NCBI RefSeq assembly: GCF_001194135.2
Contig: NC_068984.1
Coordinates: forward strand, 126,719,517 to 126,783,516
From: Octopus bimaculoides
Taxonomy: Eukaryota
DNA: 64,000 bases
Direction of reading: 5' to 3'
Numbering within the stretch: position 1 is the first letter of the stretch; every line of letters starts with the position of its first letter. Below are positions 53,145 through 64,000 of the stretch, in pieces. The position numbers were made by a program, and so were the translations under genes. Under the pieces are notes generated by a model that had not been told where the DNA came from, searched no databases, and worked only from the letters and a program-made list of their open reading frames with translations.

Positions 53145-56100
53145 AATACAGACTGACACTGTCACATTTTGTCTCAGAGAAACTTCTCTGAAGAGATTTT
53201 GTGTTACAACACAGAGCTTGTTATGAATGATATCAGCAGACCATCAGACACTAGTGTTACAGCTTGATTTTACCTCCTCAGTGACAAACACACCCAGACA
53301 TTCTGCACTAAGCTGACAGATTTATCCCAATATAGAAATCAGTAAACAAGATATTTACTGATTGGTACAAAAGCTGGCCAAGTTAAATTAAATTAATACA
53401 AGCATCTAAAATAGTATTAGATTAACAAATGATGAATATAACATTTGTAATAAAAACAAATGTAGAATAGTGCAGCTATAGTTGTAATATTTTCTCTCAG
53501 AAAAGCTTCTATTAAGAGACATTTGTATGTCAAAAACAGAGCTCACTAAGAACAATGTGAACAGATCATCAGACACTGGTGTTTCAACTTGATTTGGCCT
53601 CCTTGATGATGAATACTTTTGGACATTTTAAGTCTAAACTTTTGTTCCAACATAGAAATCAGTCAGCAAAGCATTCGCCAATTTCTATATTGCAATGAAG
53701 GTTTTGATTAAGTTCAGCTTTTGTAGTATCAAAAAGTTCTCGGACTGGTTCTGTAGCACACCAACAGATGGCAGCATATAGTTGTGTGTGCAGCGAGAGC
53801 TAGCAATGACCTTCATGAGGCGGTGTGCTGAGTGACATCACAGTTTTTACTTCACAAGTTATTAAATTTGTGTTTTTATGATCATATGTATACTGTAGCC
53901 TGCCATTTTGTCATGGACAGGAAGTTGGAACAAAGAGCCAACGTGATATTTTACGTTAAAGTTGGGAAGTCTGCTCCAGAGACATTGAACATGCTTCAAC
54001 AAGCTTATGGCAACAAGGCAAGGGGTCATACTCAATGTTTCAAGTGGCACAGGCACTTCAAAAGCGAAAGACCGTCCCTGGAAGATGATAAGTGATCTGG
54101 AAGACCTGCAACAAGTGTCACCCCCAGAAATGTGGTGAAAGTTTATCAGCTTGTGAATGAAGATTGTTGGAAGACAATCAACAACATTGCTGATGTTGTT
54201 GGTCTGTGCAGGTAATCCTAACATCTTAATTGAACATGCAGCCTATCTCTGCCAAGTTTTCCCCCACCTGCTGACCACTGAGCAGAAAGAACAATACATC
54301 AGAGTCTGTCAAGACCTTTGTCAGTGTGCCACTGATGACCCATCCTTCATGCCAAGGATCATCACTGGTGATGAGAGTTAGGTCTGCAGGTACGACCCTG
54401 AGATGAAGCAGCAGTTGTCACAATGGAAGAGCCCTTTTATCTCCATGACCGAAGAAGGCACAACAAAGCCACAGCTCAATCAACAGCAATGCACATTGGT
54501 ATTTTTTTGACATCCGCATTGTGCATCGAGAGTTTGAACCCTGGGGCCAGATCATCAATCAAGTTCTATTGCAACGTTTTGAAGCGTTTGAGGAAGGACA
54601 TTTGGCGAAAGTGACCAAATCTGTGGAGCACGAAGAATTGGATTATTCTTCACAACAATGCACCCTGTCACCCAGCTCCTCTCACTTGTGAATTTCTTGC
54701 CAAAAACAACATGCTATTGCTTCTGCACCCGACCTATTCGCTAGATTTAGCAACTTCAGATGTCCATCTCTTCCTCAAGATGAAAATGCAGCTCAAAGGT
54801 TGCTGTTTCAACACTGTTGTTGAAATCCAGAGTGAATCGCAAAAGGTCCTCTACTCACAATAAACACCTTCCAGGTTGGACTCCAAAAATGGCAAGAACA
54901 CTGGGACTCATGTATTGCTGTGCAAGGTGACAATTTCAAAGAAGATGATGTTAAAACTTATGCAAGTTATTTTTTTACTAAACATAACTAGTCCAGGAAC
55001 TTTTTTATACTACTTCATATACATCGTTACCTTAATCTAATGCTATTCCAAGTGCTGGCATATATATTTATTTAACCCTTTTGATACCAACCAGCCTGAA
55101 ACTACCCTTGGTTCTAGGTCACAAACTTTATGTTTTAAAGTGATCTAAATTATAACCTTTCATTAAAATTATATTCCAAACACCAGCTTAATAACAACAA
55201 AGTTATTTTACTAAATTCTTCATTATTTAAAAAAATTATTCAAAGGTAATGTATTTCAACAGAAATACACTAACAAAATGGTTAATCAACAGTAACTTTG
55301 GAGTCTCTTCTTTACCAATGATCACTCCATCACCACACCTTCATAAATACTTCCATCTCGTTTTTATACTATGATTTCAACGACTCAGACTAGCTTCTAT
55401 TGTGTTACAATAGTCGCTGTGATATCTTCATTATGTCCATATGGATCAGACTTCTTTCAATAATATATTTTAATTCAATAAGTCTAAGCTGCCTTAGATC
55501 ATTTGTGGAGGTGCGTGGCTTAGTGGTTAAGGTGTTGGACTGTTGATCGTAAGAGTGTGGCTTCCATTCCTGAATCGGGTGATGTTTTGTGTTCTTGAGC
55601 AAAACACTTCATCTCACATTGTTCCAGTCCACTCAGCTGGAAAAAAGGAGCAATTCTACATTAAACCGGGGTCCCATTCAGGGAGGAATATGTACATCAG
55701 AGAAGCCAGCCCTATGCTCCAACCTTAGATCAATTCACTCGTTTAACCTGACTCCACACTTAATATTGGCAGTGATTGCAGCATCATAGTTGTAATCATC
55801 ATCATTGATTACTAATATCACTCACTATATCAGCAATACTGAATTAACTGAGCCATTGTAGCCGTCCATCCAGCTATGTTCAGTAGACATCACATGATAA
55901 TATACTATTATATAGCTTTTTGTTGTTTATCTTCAGCTAAAATGTTCAACTTCCATAACCAAGCAAAAACAGTACAAACTCATATTTATTGCATATAACT
56001 ATCTGCAACTTTGCAACAAAGGTATATCAAAATGCAGCCATGCAGGAAATAGTAAACCCTTTTGATACTAGGCTCTACAGAGTAAGGGTTTCAAAGAGTT

Positions 56101-57862
56101 CAGTGTATATTTGTTCTCTGCTTTAGAATAAACATCGGGAACAATGGATTACATCTGGGTTGCTGAAGGGGAGGTTATCTTTGAGTTTTGTAGCATACTA
56201 ACAGTTTTGTGGTATCTGAAAAAGTACCAATGCAAAGCAGATGATGATGAAACTTGAAGGACAGGCATTTGTACAAACTCATGTTTTGAGTTCAAATCCT
56301 GCCATAGTCTGCTTGGGAAGTATACTTAACCTATCACTTGGTTGAGCATCACCACCTGGCATTCTGTATGCTTTTAGTGAAGCTTACTCTGTTGCAAGCA
56401 ATGGGATATGGTTAATAGTATGAGGATAGCTTCTGCTCTCCCTTCCACCAGTTTTGAAAGCTCTCCAATTGGTCATGGACACTACCTTCCCTCCTCTCTT
56501 TCCATTTTAATAATGATGACACTGAGAAATAAAGCTAAATAAACATTCAGAAAGATTACATCTTTAAAGACCATGTGAACGTTACAAATTACAACTACCG
56601 GTCCAGATGCATTATGGTATACCTTGGTTAGACAGTTATTTAAGATAATTATGAACATACCCTTTTTGTTTGGCTGCTGAAGTTCTACATTTTAGGTGAA
56701 TAAATCGTCATAACAAGAAACAGTAACTAAAAATCATTGTATTTAGTTAAAACATTCAATTTCAGTAATCAAACACAAAGTGTAGATGTTAGATTTTAGC
56801 ATAAATGGCTGTCAGTAAGTCTTCAACTAAGGTTTATCATAATGCAGCTTGACAGGAAGTAACAATTAACATTAAATAGTACTTACTTGTTGCAATTTGG
56901 TAAACTGTTCTTCACGCCAGTCAGTCCGAGCATTTGGCTGCGTACACTTCTTGAAAAATACGGCTACCTTATCATCTAAATTATCTAATGCATCTGCAAG
57001 ACAAGAGAGACATATTAGAGATAAACCAGTAGAGAAAAGGACTTACACTATGTAAATGAAATATCTAGGTTTCTTATAATGAATAAGAACAGAAATAGGG
57101 AAAGTACAACGTTGGATTGTTCATTCATTTACCTAAACTATCTCACACTAGACGGCTGTGAAAGTAATAGATTCTTTGTTATTATGTTCTGTTCTCACCT
57201 GATAATGAGATGTGCTGCTTTCTTCAGCATGTCCAGAACTAGAAGTCTTGGGCATTACACAACAAATCTAATGACACAATACCAGTGATATAATTTAAAC
57301 ACTCTGGTCAGCATCTAAGTAACAAACCATAAGTCATTGTATTCTTGCATGTCTAACCCATGCCGGTTTGAACAGACATTAAATGATGATGACAACAATA
57401 CTTTTCTCCATTAACTATACTAATACAACTTTAAACTAAGACATGAAACATGAAATCTTTTGCTTTCAGCCTTCACTAAAGTCTGTTAGAAAACTGGATG
57501 TGTATGCCACTTAGTCACTGTATGTCCTTTGTATGCTACCATGTGAGAAAGCTAAGGAAACTTTTGCCACATCACTGTTTATAAGTATATGCTGAGGCCC
57601 TGGTGTTCAGTCTTAGAGAAAATGTTATTAAAGAATTTTGTGGAACTCCTCTAAGTTAAGTACATAAATAGACACAACTAAATTAGAACATAATATATAA
57701 TTGATGCATACACAAACACACAGAGCAAGCTTTCAGTTTCTGTTTACCAAATTTACTCACAAGGCATTGGGTGGCCTAGTGCTAAAGTAGAAGACAAGGT
57801 GCTGTCCAGTGGGACTGAACCCAAAACCACGTGTTTGCAAAGTAAACTCCTTAATCATACAG

Positions 57863-57906
<44 letters not shown>

Positions 57907-60900
57907 GGCAACTCCTCAAAAACAAATGCCAGTACCGCCTGACTGGCTCCCATAGGATTTTCGAGCGAGATCGTTGCCAGTGCCCCTGGACTGGCTTGTG
58001 CGGGTGGCACATAAAAGACACCATTTCGAGCATGGCCGTTTTCGTACGGGTGACACGTAAAAGCACCCACTACACTCTCTGAGTGGTTGGCGTTAGGAAG
58101 GGCATCCAGCTGTAGAAACTCTGCCAAATTAGACTGGAGCCTGGTGTTGCCATCCGGTTTCACCAGTCCTCAGTCAAATCGTCCAACCCATGCTAGCATG
58201 GAAAGCGGACGTTAAATGATGATGATGATGATGATGATATATATATATATATATAGTTATTCTTACATAATACCTGTAAATACAAGAGGACTTAGTGTAA
58301 TCTAAACATAGATAGCTTTTAGTTTGTAATACAATATTCATTGTGTCATGCAAGTTCAAAATGATTCTTACCAAATCTGTTTTGGTTGAAACCTATACTA
58401 GGAATCTTCTATCAATTCTCTTTTCCCTCCAAATCTGCACTACATATATATATATATTCAAAAATCTTACAACTGTCTCTATCAGTCAATAAATTTATTG
58501 TTCAGTTGTTTTTCAACTAATGCTCAGTAATTCTTGAATGTTAAAACATTCTGAATCCAGTGGGTCTTGCTTAACTCACTCTGTAACACCAGTTCAGTCA
58601 AAGCAGGTACCTTTGCAGCCACATCTACACCACTACTCTGGTCAGTAGTCCAGTTGCTGACCAGAGTAGATGTAGAAGTAGCTAAACAATCATGTAACAT
58701 AATGCTTCAAACCCAGAAATGAATTTACGTTTGGTCCTTTGGCCTGCTAGAAATAGCAACCAAATCACATCAAATCAACTTAAAAAGGCCACATACACTA
58801 TACTTAGATAAAATAAGTGCACTATGTGTGAATAAAAGACAGGATGGTCATAGCTTGAACAGAGCTGACTTGGGAAAGAACTATGACAGGTGATACCATA
58901 ATCTGAGAGAGTGTATCTGTCTTGATTCCAAAGCAGTAGTGATGATTTGCCAGTCTAATCCTTAACTGTCTGTCAATTTCTACTTTAGGACAAAAATGGC
59001 AGGACGCAGTAGCAAAATGACTCACATAGCAGAATGGCCACTTTGAATATGACTGATATGAGATAAAGACATTGGATACAGCAAAATAACTTATCTAATG
59101 ATGGTTTGCATGGTAAATATATCTGACTCACTCTGTTACTGCAGTAAACTTTACTCCAAATCTTTTGAAGTACAGTGAACCATACACATAGACATACTAT
59201 ATAATAAATATGATCAAAACTCACTTGGCTTGAACACATAGTAGATACATATGTATGTGTGTATATACATAGATTATCATCATTGTTTTATGTTTACTTT
59301 CCATGCTGTCATAGGTTGGACAGGTCATACCACCCGAGTTTGTCAGATGTCTAGAATGATATCCCAAAAATGGGCTACATTAGTCACAGGAAGGCAATGA
59401 ACTGTTATATATTCACGATGATAGATCGCTAGCCACTAAACCTTTTTCTATTTTCTCTCCATTTATTTCTATGTTCCTTTCTGTCAAAGAGCGTAGGCTC
59501 TTAACGTAAAAGACTTTCTCACTTTCCGAGCATTAAACTAATACATCCGTTTGTTGTTTACATACCCGTCTTTGTCTTTTCTTAATTCTCACTATATACA
59601 TATATAGTTACGTATCCTGAGTATGTTACAAGAAGTTCTATTTAGTTTTGTTCCATTAAATGAGTAACAGACAACTGGCAATCTCATAAGATCTGGAATC
59701 TATTTGTAGTATTTTTAAAGTGAATTAAGACAGTATTAAAGAGCCTTATCTTAGTGATATGACATAAATGCTGAGGTGGATTTTTTAAATCAAACCTTTG
59801 AACTGACTGGGATAGGTCTCAAAACAACCAGCCTTCTACATGTAACAAAAAGCAGGGATTACAATGGGTATCCAAATTGGCTTCAATAATTGGAAGCACC
59901 AATCATAGGATGATGATGAATTGCATATTTTGAAGCAAAGATGAACTGATCAAAGATAGAAAAAAAAACCCACAGAATATATTGAAAATATTTTACAGAA
60001 TCTAGTTCAAAACCTAATTTTTCAGTGTTTGAGGGTTTGGAGAGAAAAAAAAAATAAAAAACAACACCAGTCAATATTGAGGGATCTCCATCAAAAAGAT
60101 GAAAGATTAAAATTCATATTTATGATACTGCAGAACTTTTCTGTTGTTGCTATTGTCACCAGAAAACTGACCCAAAAAAAAAAGAAAAAAAAAAAAANNN
60201 NNNNNNNAAAAAAAAAAAAAAAAAAAAAAACTACCTGTTGACTACAGGATTCTGACGTGAAATGTTTTGTCCTTTTACAGACAAGATTGGTAAGTATGTA
60301 AATCAATATGAATTCAATATCTTAACTTGTAGCCAAAATTCCTATATAAACCTTGACAACTCTTGAAATGACTTTATAATTGACAGAAAGCTTTGAATTT
60401 TATTAGTTTCTTCCTCTCATCTTTCTAACTAACACACAACAACTATAAAAAAAGATAACTTAACATAAACTAGCCAATGGATACAGAATTGGAAGTTTTA
60501 ATATACATGAATTAGCAGAAATACTATTTAATATAAACTCAGCAAGAGATGAAAAGGAAAATTAACATATTGACACACATTACTGTGCAGTCACTGCATC
60601 TGATAGACCTTAAAGGGCTTGTTCCTAGTCAGTCTACCAGTGATTCCAAGTGACACTGGCAGATATCTATGTAGCATTGCTATGCAACAGTATGACACTA
60701 TGGTATGCAAGATAGAGATGTGCTAGGAGTTAGTCTCTACCACCCAAATTGCATCTAAGTAAATATGGCACAATGCAATACAGGGCAGGGGTGTAAGAAT
60801 AGGTACTCAATAGGTATTGTACTGTTAATAATAAATGGCAAGTTAGCCAACTCATGTCAGCACAAGAACGTATGATGCTATGTTGTACAGCTCAAACAAA

Positions 60901-62929
60901 AACATTCGCTCTGCAGCAATTCTTTAAATCCAGACAAACAGAAAGATTTCAAAGACACTCAACTCCAACAGACTTAGTACTATTTGGTTTCTGAGTATAT
61001 ACTGGTCATGGTACTAGTACATAAAACATTTGTGTACCCACTGACGCCAAGTTTATGAGATTGACCATCCCACACTAAGTGATTTCTTCCTTGTAGTGTC
61101 TATAATTAATTTCATATTTTTCAAAACTGTTCAGTAATACTTAGCTAGTCAAAGATCTAATCTTACTAGGTTGTATATTCGGGTGGTACTACGTGCGCAT
61201 TGTACACCCACCAAAAATGGTAAATTCCTCATAATATAATCATGCAACATGATGGGAAACTAGTTTGTGTCCACTGCTGAGAAATACTGTCTCAGGTGTT
61301 GGTAGTGCAGACGGGCAGGATAATGGAAATGTGCCAAGAATAAGGACCACGGGGTGAAAGAAATTCCAACAGCAGAAATCCTACATTATTTAGGTCTTAT
61401 GTATAAATTCGATGGAAATTCTTTAACTGAAGCTAATTTTCTAAATATTTCTGCTCTTACAATATGATAATTTCTTTTTAAATTTGACAATGCATTCAAA
61501 AACAAAATTTTAACTAACGCCTACTTTTGAGTACTACACATGCCCAAATAATTAGATTCAGCACAACTACCATATACCACTGGACCTTATCTATACTGCC
61601 TTCACTAGAATACACATCTATTCCCAACAATTCATCCCCTTATAATTTCCTTTAACTACACTGAACCTTATAGAATTATGTTTATTTTTTCAGATGAAAG
61701 GATTAAAACCTGCATAGAAGCCCCAGTGAATAATTTTCACCCGCTTCACAGTGTTAATAATAATATCGATATGTTTACAAAATCAATAGATACATTCATC
61801 GTTAACAGAAAATACAATGATTTTGCAGTTCGAAACACGTGAGTTTGTTTACAAACAGCGTACACCCAGCCCCTTACACTTCATGCCTCCTCAATCTTCC
61901 ATTAACACATAGTATTAATAATATAAATATATACATACACTTAGACACAAATGCCAGTGTGAATTACTATCTTGTCCGATGAACGGGAACGTGAAACTCA
62001 GAGTAACGGTTTTTTTGTTATATTTCTGCTGCTTTTAAATAAAGTATATATACATATATATACATATGCAATGAAAAAGTCTAAAACATCTGTAAATCTG
62101 CAATGCATATAATAGGGTTGCATAATATATGCAGCAGATTCACATCATATATATATATATGTATGTATGTGTGTGTATTATATATATATATATATATATA
62201 TACGTTACAGCAGTAGTAAGAAATGTTCCGTTGGAGAAGTGGTCTTTAATTGTCCTACCACTGCCACCACCACGCTATCACAAAGCAGTGCGCTACCGTA
62301 CACCTACCACCTCCTCCTCCGTCATCACAGCTCTCCACGTGATCATTCCAGATTCTTGCTAGCTTACTTTCACATTATCACAACATGCACGCAACACGGT
62401 CGTATGAGTATTTTAGCGGGACACAAGTGACCAGAGCGAGAGATAGACAAGGGACAGTATCGCCAACACTGTAGTGTGTATATAGAATTAGAGGAAGATA
62501 GACAAGTATGAAGTGAGAGAAATCAGCGCTGATCAGTCCACTAAAGCTTCCGCAATTACTACAGCACCTGCTTGTCAGTTTTACACAATAGTATCAAAGT
62601 TTTGAGCAACGGCGGCGCCACACACCAACTGAGAGTCATACATGGTCTAGATGGTGAGAGTGTGATGTATGTGTGTGTGTGACTTACTCTGTACTTGCAG
62701 ATCCATCTCCCTCATTTCGGTCAGGCGGTCTCGCATCTCCATGGGCAAATTCTCAATCACTGCAAAAAGGACGAGAAGCAGATATTAGTCTGTAGAGGTA
62801 ATATTTTATTGAAACAAATAAGAGAGATGACGGTGCTAGCCGATCGTCAAGGCACTGTAGGACGAGAGCAGGAGGAGGTGTTGGCATGGGCCTGAACCTA
62901 CCTTCCAGATAATCTTCCAGGTACAACAT
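27724..62929 (-). CDS. ING3: Inhibitor of growth protein 3 (NuA4/Tip60 subunit, PHD finger), complete 11-exon model, 510 aa
   Basis: join complement 62929-62902, 62759-62688, 56993-56887, 50643-50578, 48256-48160, 44801-44754, 43043-42822, 41400-41330, 39680-39484, 29705-29192, 27834-27724. Total 1533 nt, all introns GT-AG, phases consistent. N-terminus [36 protein letters not shown]3-type [18 protein letters not shown] motif, C4HC3 PHD finger. Confidence 0.97.
28085..28463 (-). mobile_element. 5' fragment of a Tc1/mariner element in the last ING3 intron
   Basis: TA|CAGGGT terminus at 28463, followed by an HTH-like [15 protein letters not shown]...[18 protein letters not shown]. No 3' half. 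Confidence 0.7.
29192..29705 (-). CDS. ING3: ING3 exon 10 (polyA/polyQ/polyP tract plus N-half of PHD finger)
   Basis: ctttaacag acceptor completes the AA from exon 9. 514 nt, ends [25 protein letters not shown], gtgagt donor. Confidence 0.93.
29985..30330 (+). mobile_element. tRNA-derived SINE (family C)
   Basis: tggctcagtggttagagc head and gtgttcttgagcaagacactttatttcac core. Inverted copy at 31790-32115, partial copies at about 8900, 15975, 32330 and 55508. Confidence 0.8.
31790..32115 (-). mobile_element. tRNA-derived SINE (family C), inverted copy
   Basis: Reverse complement aligns along its length to 29985-30330. Confidence 0.8.
36161..36392. repeat. Tandem duplication, period about 124 bp
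   Basis: atttcagtca..aaagtaggaaaagaaaactgaataga..gaaagatatcaattat..aaagaaat.attgtgg occurs twice (36161, 36285). Confidence 0.85.
37170..38120 (+). pseudogene. Highly degenerate mariner (DD34D-type) transposase
   Basis: Remnants [40 protein letters not shown]...ILLLDF and HPPYNSDL...DFHLF. Confidence 0.8.
39484..39680 (-). CDS. ING3: ING3 exon 9 ([13 protein letters not shown]...PRAPRSK)
   Basis: tttcag acceptor, gtaagt donor, 197 nt, GRRT motif. Confidence 0.92.
41330..41400 (-). CDS. ING3: ING3 exon 8 ([24 protein letters not shown])
   Basis: tttcag acceptor, gtaagt donor, 71 nt, ING3-type AAxQA motif. Confidence 0.93.
41420..41780. repeat. Degenerate CA-rich tandem repeat abutting the ING3 exon 8 acceptor
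   Basis: Recurrent acatca/cagccaaca/acaccaca units, UG-rich on the transcribed strand. Confidence 0.65.
42401..42752. mobile_element. piggyBac-type MITE with internal tandem duplication
   Basis: CCCTTTAGCATT...AATGCTGAAGGG|TTAA, with about 140 bp of the interior duplicated. Confidence 0.7.
42822..43043 (-). CDS. ING3: ING3 exon 7 (low-complexity linker KRRVIAAS...GITYSL)
   Basis: ttctgccag acceptor, gtaagt donor, 222 nt, open in the required frame. Confidence 0.88.
44754..44801 (-). CDS. ING3: ING3 exon 6 ([16 protein letters not shown])
   Basis: cttgcag acceptor, gtgagt donor, 48 nt, RSLELD motif. Confidence 0.92.
45668..46459. mobile_element. Non-autonomous mariner derivative with two inverted 5' ends
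   Basis: TA-flanked TIRs CGTGGTCTGATCAATAAATATCCGGACTG and CGCAGTCTCATCAATAAGTATTCGGACTG. Both ends continue into 5'UTR plus ATGACAGA. The minus arm encodes [11 protein letters not shown]...[12 protein letters not shown]. Confidence 0.85.
47158..47331. mobile_element. Mariner-type MITE, copy 2
   Basis: TA on both flanks, same TIR and core (ccactgcaataa...gagggggaatatgttgaataaaatcataattaactgatc) as 21575-21766. Confidence 0.78.
48160..48256 (-). CDS. ING3: ING3 exon 5 ([32 protein letters not shown])
   Basis: ttgtag acceptor, gtaagt donor, 97 nt, highly conserved ING motif. Confidence 0.97.
50578..50643 (-). CDS. ING3: ING3 exon 4 ([22 protein letters not shown])
   Basis: tttcag acceptor, gtaagt donor, 66 nt, DADEKV motif of the ING helical domain. 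Confidence 0.96.
51002..52233 (-). mobile_element. Near full-length decayed Tc1-like transposon
   Basis: TIRs CAGACATGACAGAAGTAAACAGACAC and its inverse. ORF remnants [29 protein letters not shown] and [12 protein letters not shown]. Confidence 0.88.
53050..53095 (-). ncRNA. Minimal type I hammerhead ribozyme motif (Penelope-type), sense to ING3
   Basis: AAAACUGU-CCGAUGA-ACG(GGAA)CGU-GAA-ACU(CAG)AGU-A-ACGGUUUU. 8-bp stem I, core with U4C, stems II and III, GUA cleavage triplet. Confidence 0.75.
53723..55017 (+). mobile_element. Near full-length decayed mariner element
   Basis: TIRs GTAGTATCAAAAAGTTCTCGGACT and inverse AGTCCAGGAACTTTTTTATACTAC. ORF remnants [24 protein letters not shown] and [12 protein letters not shown]. 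Confidence 0.9.
55076..55281. mobile_element. piggyBac-type MITE (second family)
   Basis: TTAA|CCCTTT ... AAATGG|TTAA, non-coding. Confidence 0.55.
56887..56993 (-). CDS. ING3: ING3 exon 3 ([36 protein letters not shown])
   Basis: cttgcag acceptor, gtaagt donor, 107 nt, WREEQ motif. Confidence 0.95.
57906..58237 (+). mobile_element. (GAT)n-tailed retroposon 3' end (family D), longest copy
   Basis: ggttggcgttaggaagggcatccagctgtagaaac...ggaaagcggacgttaaa(tga)n. Near-identical 5'-truncated copies at 7976-8103 (+), 21772-21930 (-) and 49641-49806 (-), older copies at about 9380 and 24287. Confidence 0.82.
61973..62010 (+). ncRNA. Second copy of the same hammerhead motif, 5' strand of stem I truncated, antisense to ING3
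   Basis: Core and downstream about 77 nt are identical to the reverse complement of 53016-53090. Confidence 0.6.
62688..62759 (-). CDS. ING3: ING3 exon 2 ([24 protein letters not shown])
   Basis: tttttgcag acceptor, gtaagt donor, 72 nt. Confidence 0.96.
62902..62929 (-). CDS. ING3: ING3 coding exon 1 (MLYLEDYLE + 1 nt)
   Basis: GGCAAAATG start context, 28 nt, donor GTAGGT. Confidence 0.95.
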
Positions 62930-63100
62930 TTTGCCCACAACACACTGAACACCTCGTGCACAAAATGTCTTCCGTCTACGTACTGCCAAGCTGTCAGTGT
63001 AAAACGCTTTCTGATTGGTCCTTTACTTCCTCTACCATATAAGCTGGTGAGTTGATTAATTTGTTGCAAGAGGAATAAAATAGTGTTGCGACATTTTATA
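62930..63100 (-). promoter_or_regulatory. ING3 5'UTR / proximal promoter
   Basis: Repeat-free, relatively CpG-rich region upstream of the ATG, with a CCAAT box (ATTGG at 63014-63018) and an ETS-like ACTTCCT (63025-63031). TSS not determinable. Confidence 0.5.
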
Positions 63101-64000
63101 CTGTTGTTCATTAGTGAATATATAGTAAAGATCTACTAGAATTATTTGTATTCAATAGTTATGCCCATCACGACTGTAAGACCTCTAAACAAAATAGTGA
63201 TGAATCCACGAATGGTTGTCGTCGATACATCACTTCCAGCTGACTTCCAACACAGCTAATATAGATCCGCAGTAAATAATATTTTCTCGCCAACATTAAA
63301 ATCTACTGCCGACTTTCATTGATTTTATTTAAATTCAAAATAAATTTCGTAATTTAATAATATATGGAAATTAAGTTAAAGTTTACCCAGTGTATATATA
63401 TATATTTATTTATATTTATATAGTGACCTAGATATATGAAATGACTAGATCTGAATTAATTTTAACAGTAGTGTGCCACATTGAATACGTATATCGACAT
63501 AGTTTTTTTTTTTGCATTATCAAAAATTCTTACAAAAGCACATATTTGGAAGGAAGGATGTAATGATTCAGTCATCCCTAGTATTTCACTGATATTTTAT
63601 TTTAACAATACGCTAAGTTGAAAGGCAAGGTCGTCCCCTCTGTAAGAATTCAATGCAGAACATAAAGGGACATAACTAAATTTGACAATGTACTACCAAG
63701 TACTTAATTAAAACCAATTAGTGGAGAGGTCCGTTAAACTTTAAAAATATCAAATTAAATCCGAACATTTTAAAATAATTGTGTAGTGTTGAAAAATCAT
63801 AAACTTGAACAATTTATAATTTATGCTGATATTATTCAATAATTTGTAGGTTTTCGTTTTTTTTTTAAAGTTATAAAATGCATTTATTGGTATTTCATCC
63901 CACCCCACCAAATAATATTCAATAATGAAGATATCTCAATGGGCATGACAGACGGCCTATTTTAGGACATGAAACATTCGATTAACTACATCAATACATA

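Larger units (their letters stand above)
1..64000. repeat. Abundant microsatellites (TA, CA, CT, TATG, GATA, TTA/TAA, GAT) and N gaps
   Basis: For example (TTA)n at 2387-2465, (TA)n at 18492-18558 and 25207-25265. Gaps at 1032-1712, 10826-11497, 15574-15899, 24559-24658, 34885-35112 and 60198-60207. Confidence 0.95.

Noticed and set aside
62930-62989. TTG-initiated 20-aa N-terminal extension of ING3
   Set aside because: The ATG at 62929 has a good Kozak context and matches the conserved MLYLEDYLE start. Nothing supports the near-cognate start.

Overview
AT-rich, microsatellite- and SINE-dense animal genomic DNA with several N gaps. The repeat landscape looks like octopus, but this is an inference and the species is not confirmed. 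Two intron-containing genes converge tail-to-tail. On the + strand are the last two coding exons of IMMP2L (8300-8402, 13198-13329). On the - strand is a complete 11-exon ING3 gene (62929 to 27724, 1533 nt, 510 aa, all GT-AG introns, frame closes), carrying an A9/Q30/Q17/polyP insert just before the PHD finger. The rest is mobile DNA: a Dong/R4-type LINE inserted in a (TAA)n tract, a Penelope-like RT relic, several Tc1/mariner relics and MITEs, four SINE/LINE-tail families and two long palindromes. The most striking unannotated signal is a set of minimal type I hammerhead-ribozyme motifs of the Penelope-associated kind. One folds completely and lies in sense orientation in ING3 intron 3, and an identical antisense twin lies in intron 2. 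A G3/C8-swapped hammerhead-like motif sits inside a perfect 136-bp palindrome. No cleavage activity can be shown from sequence alone.
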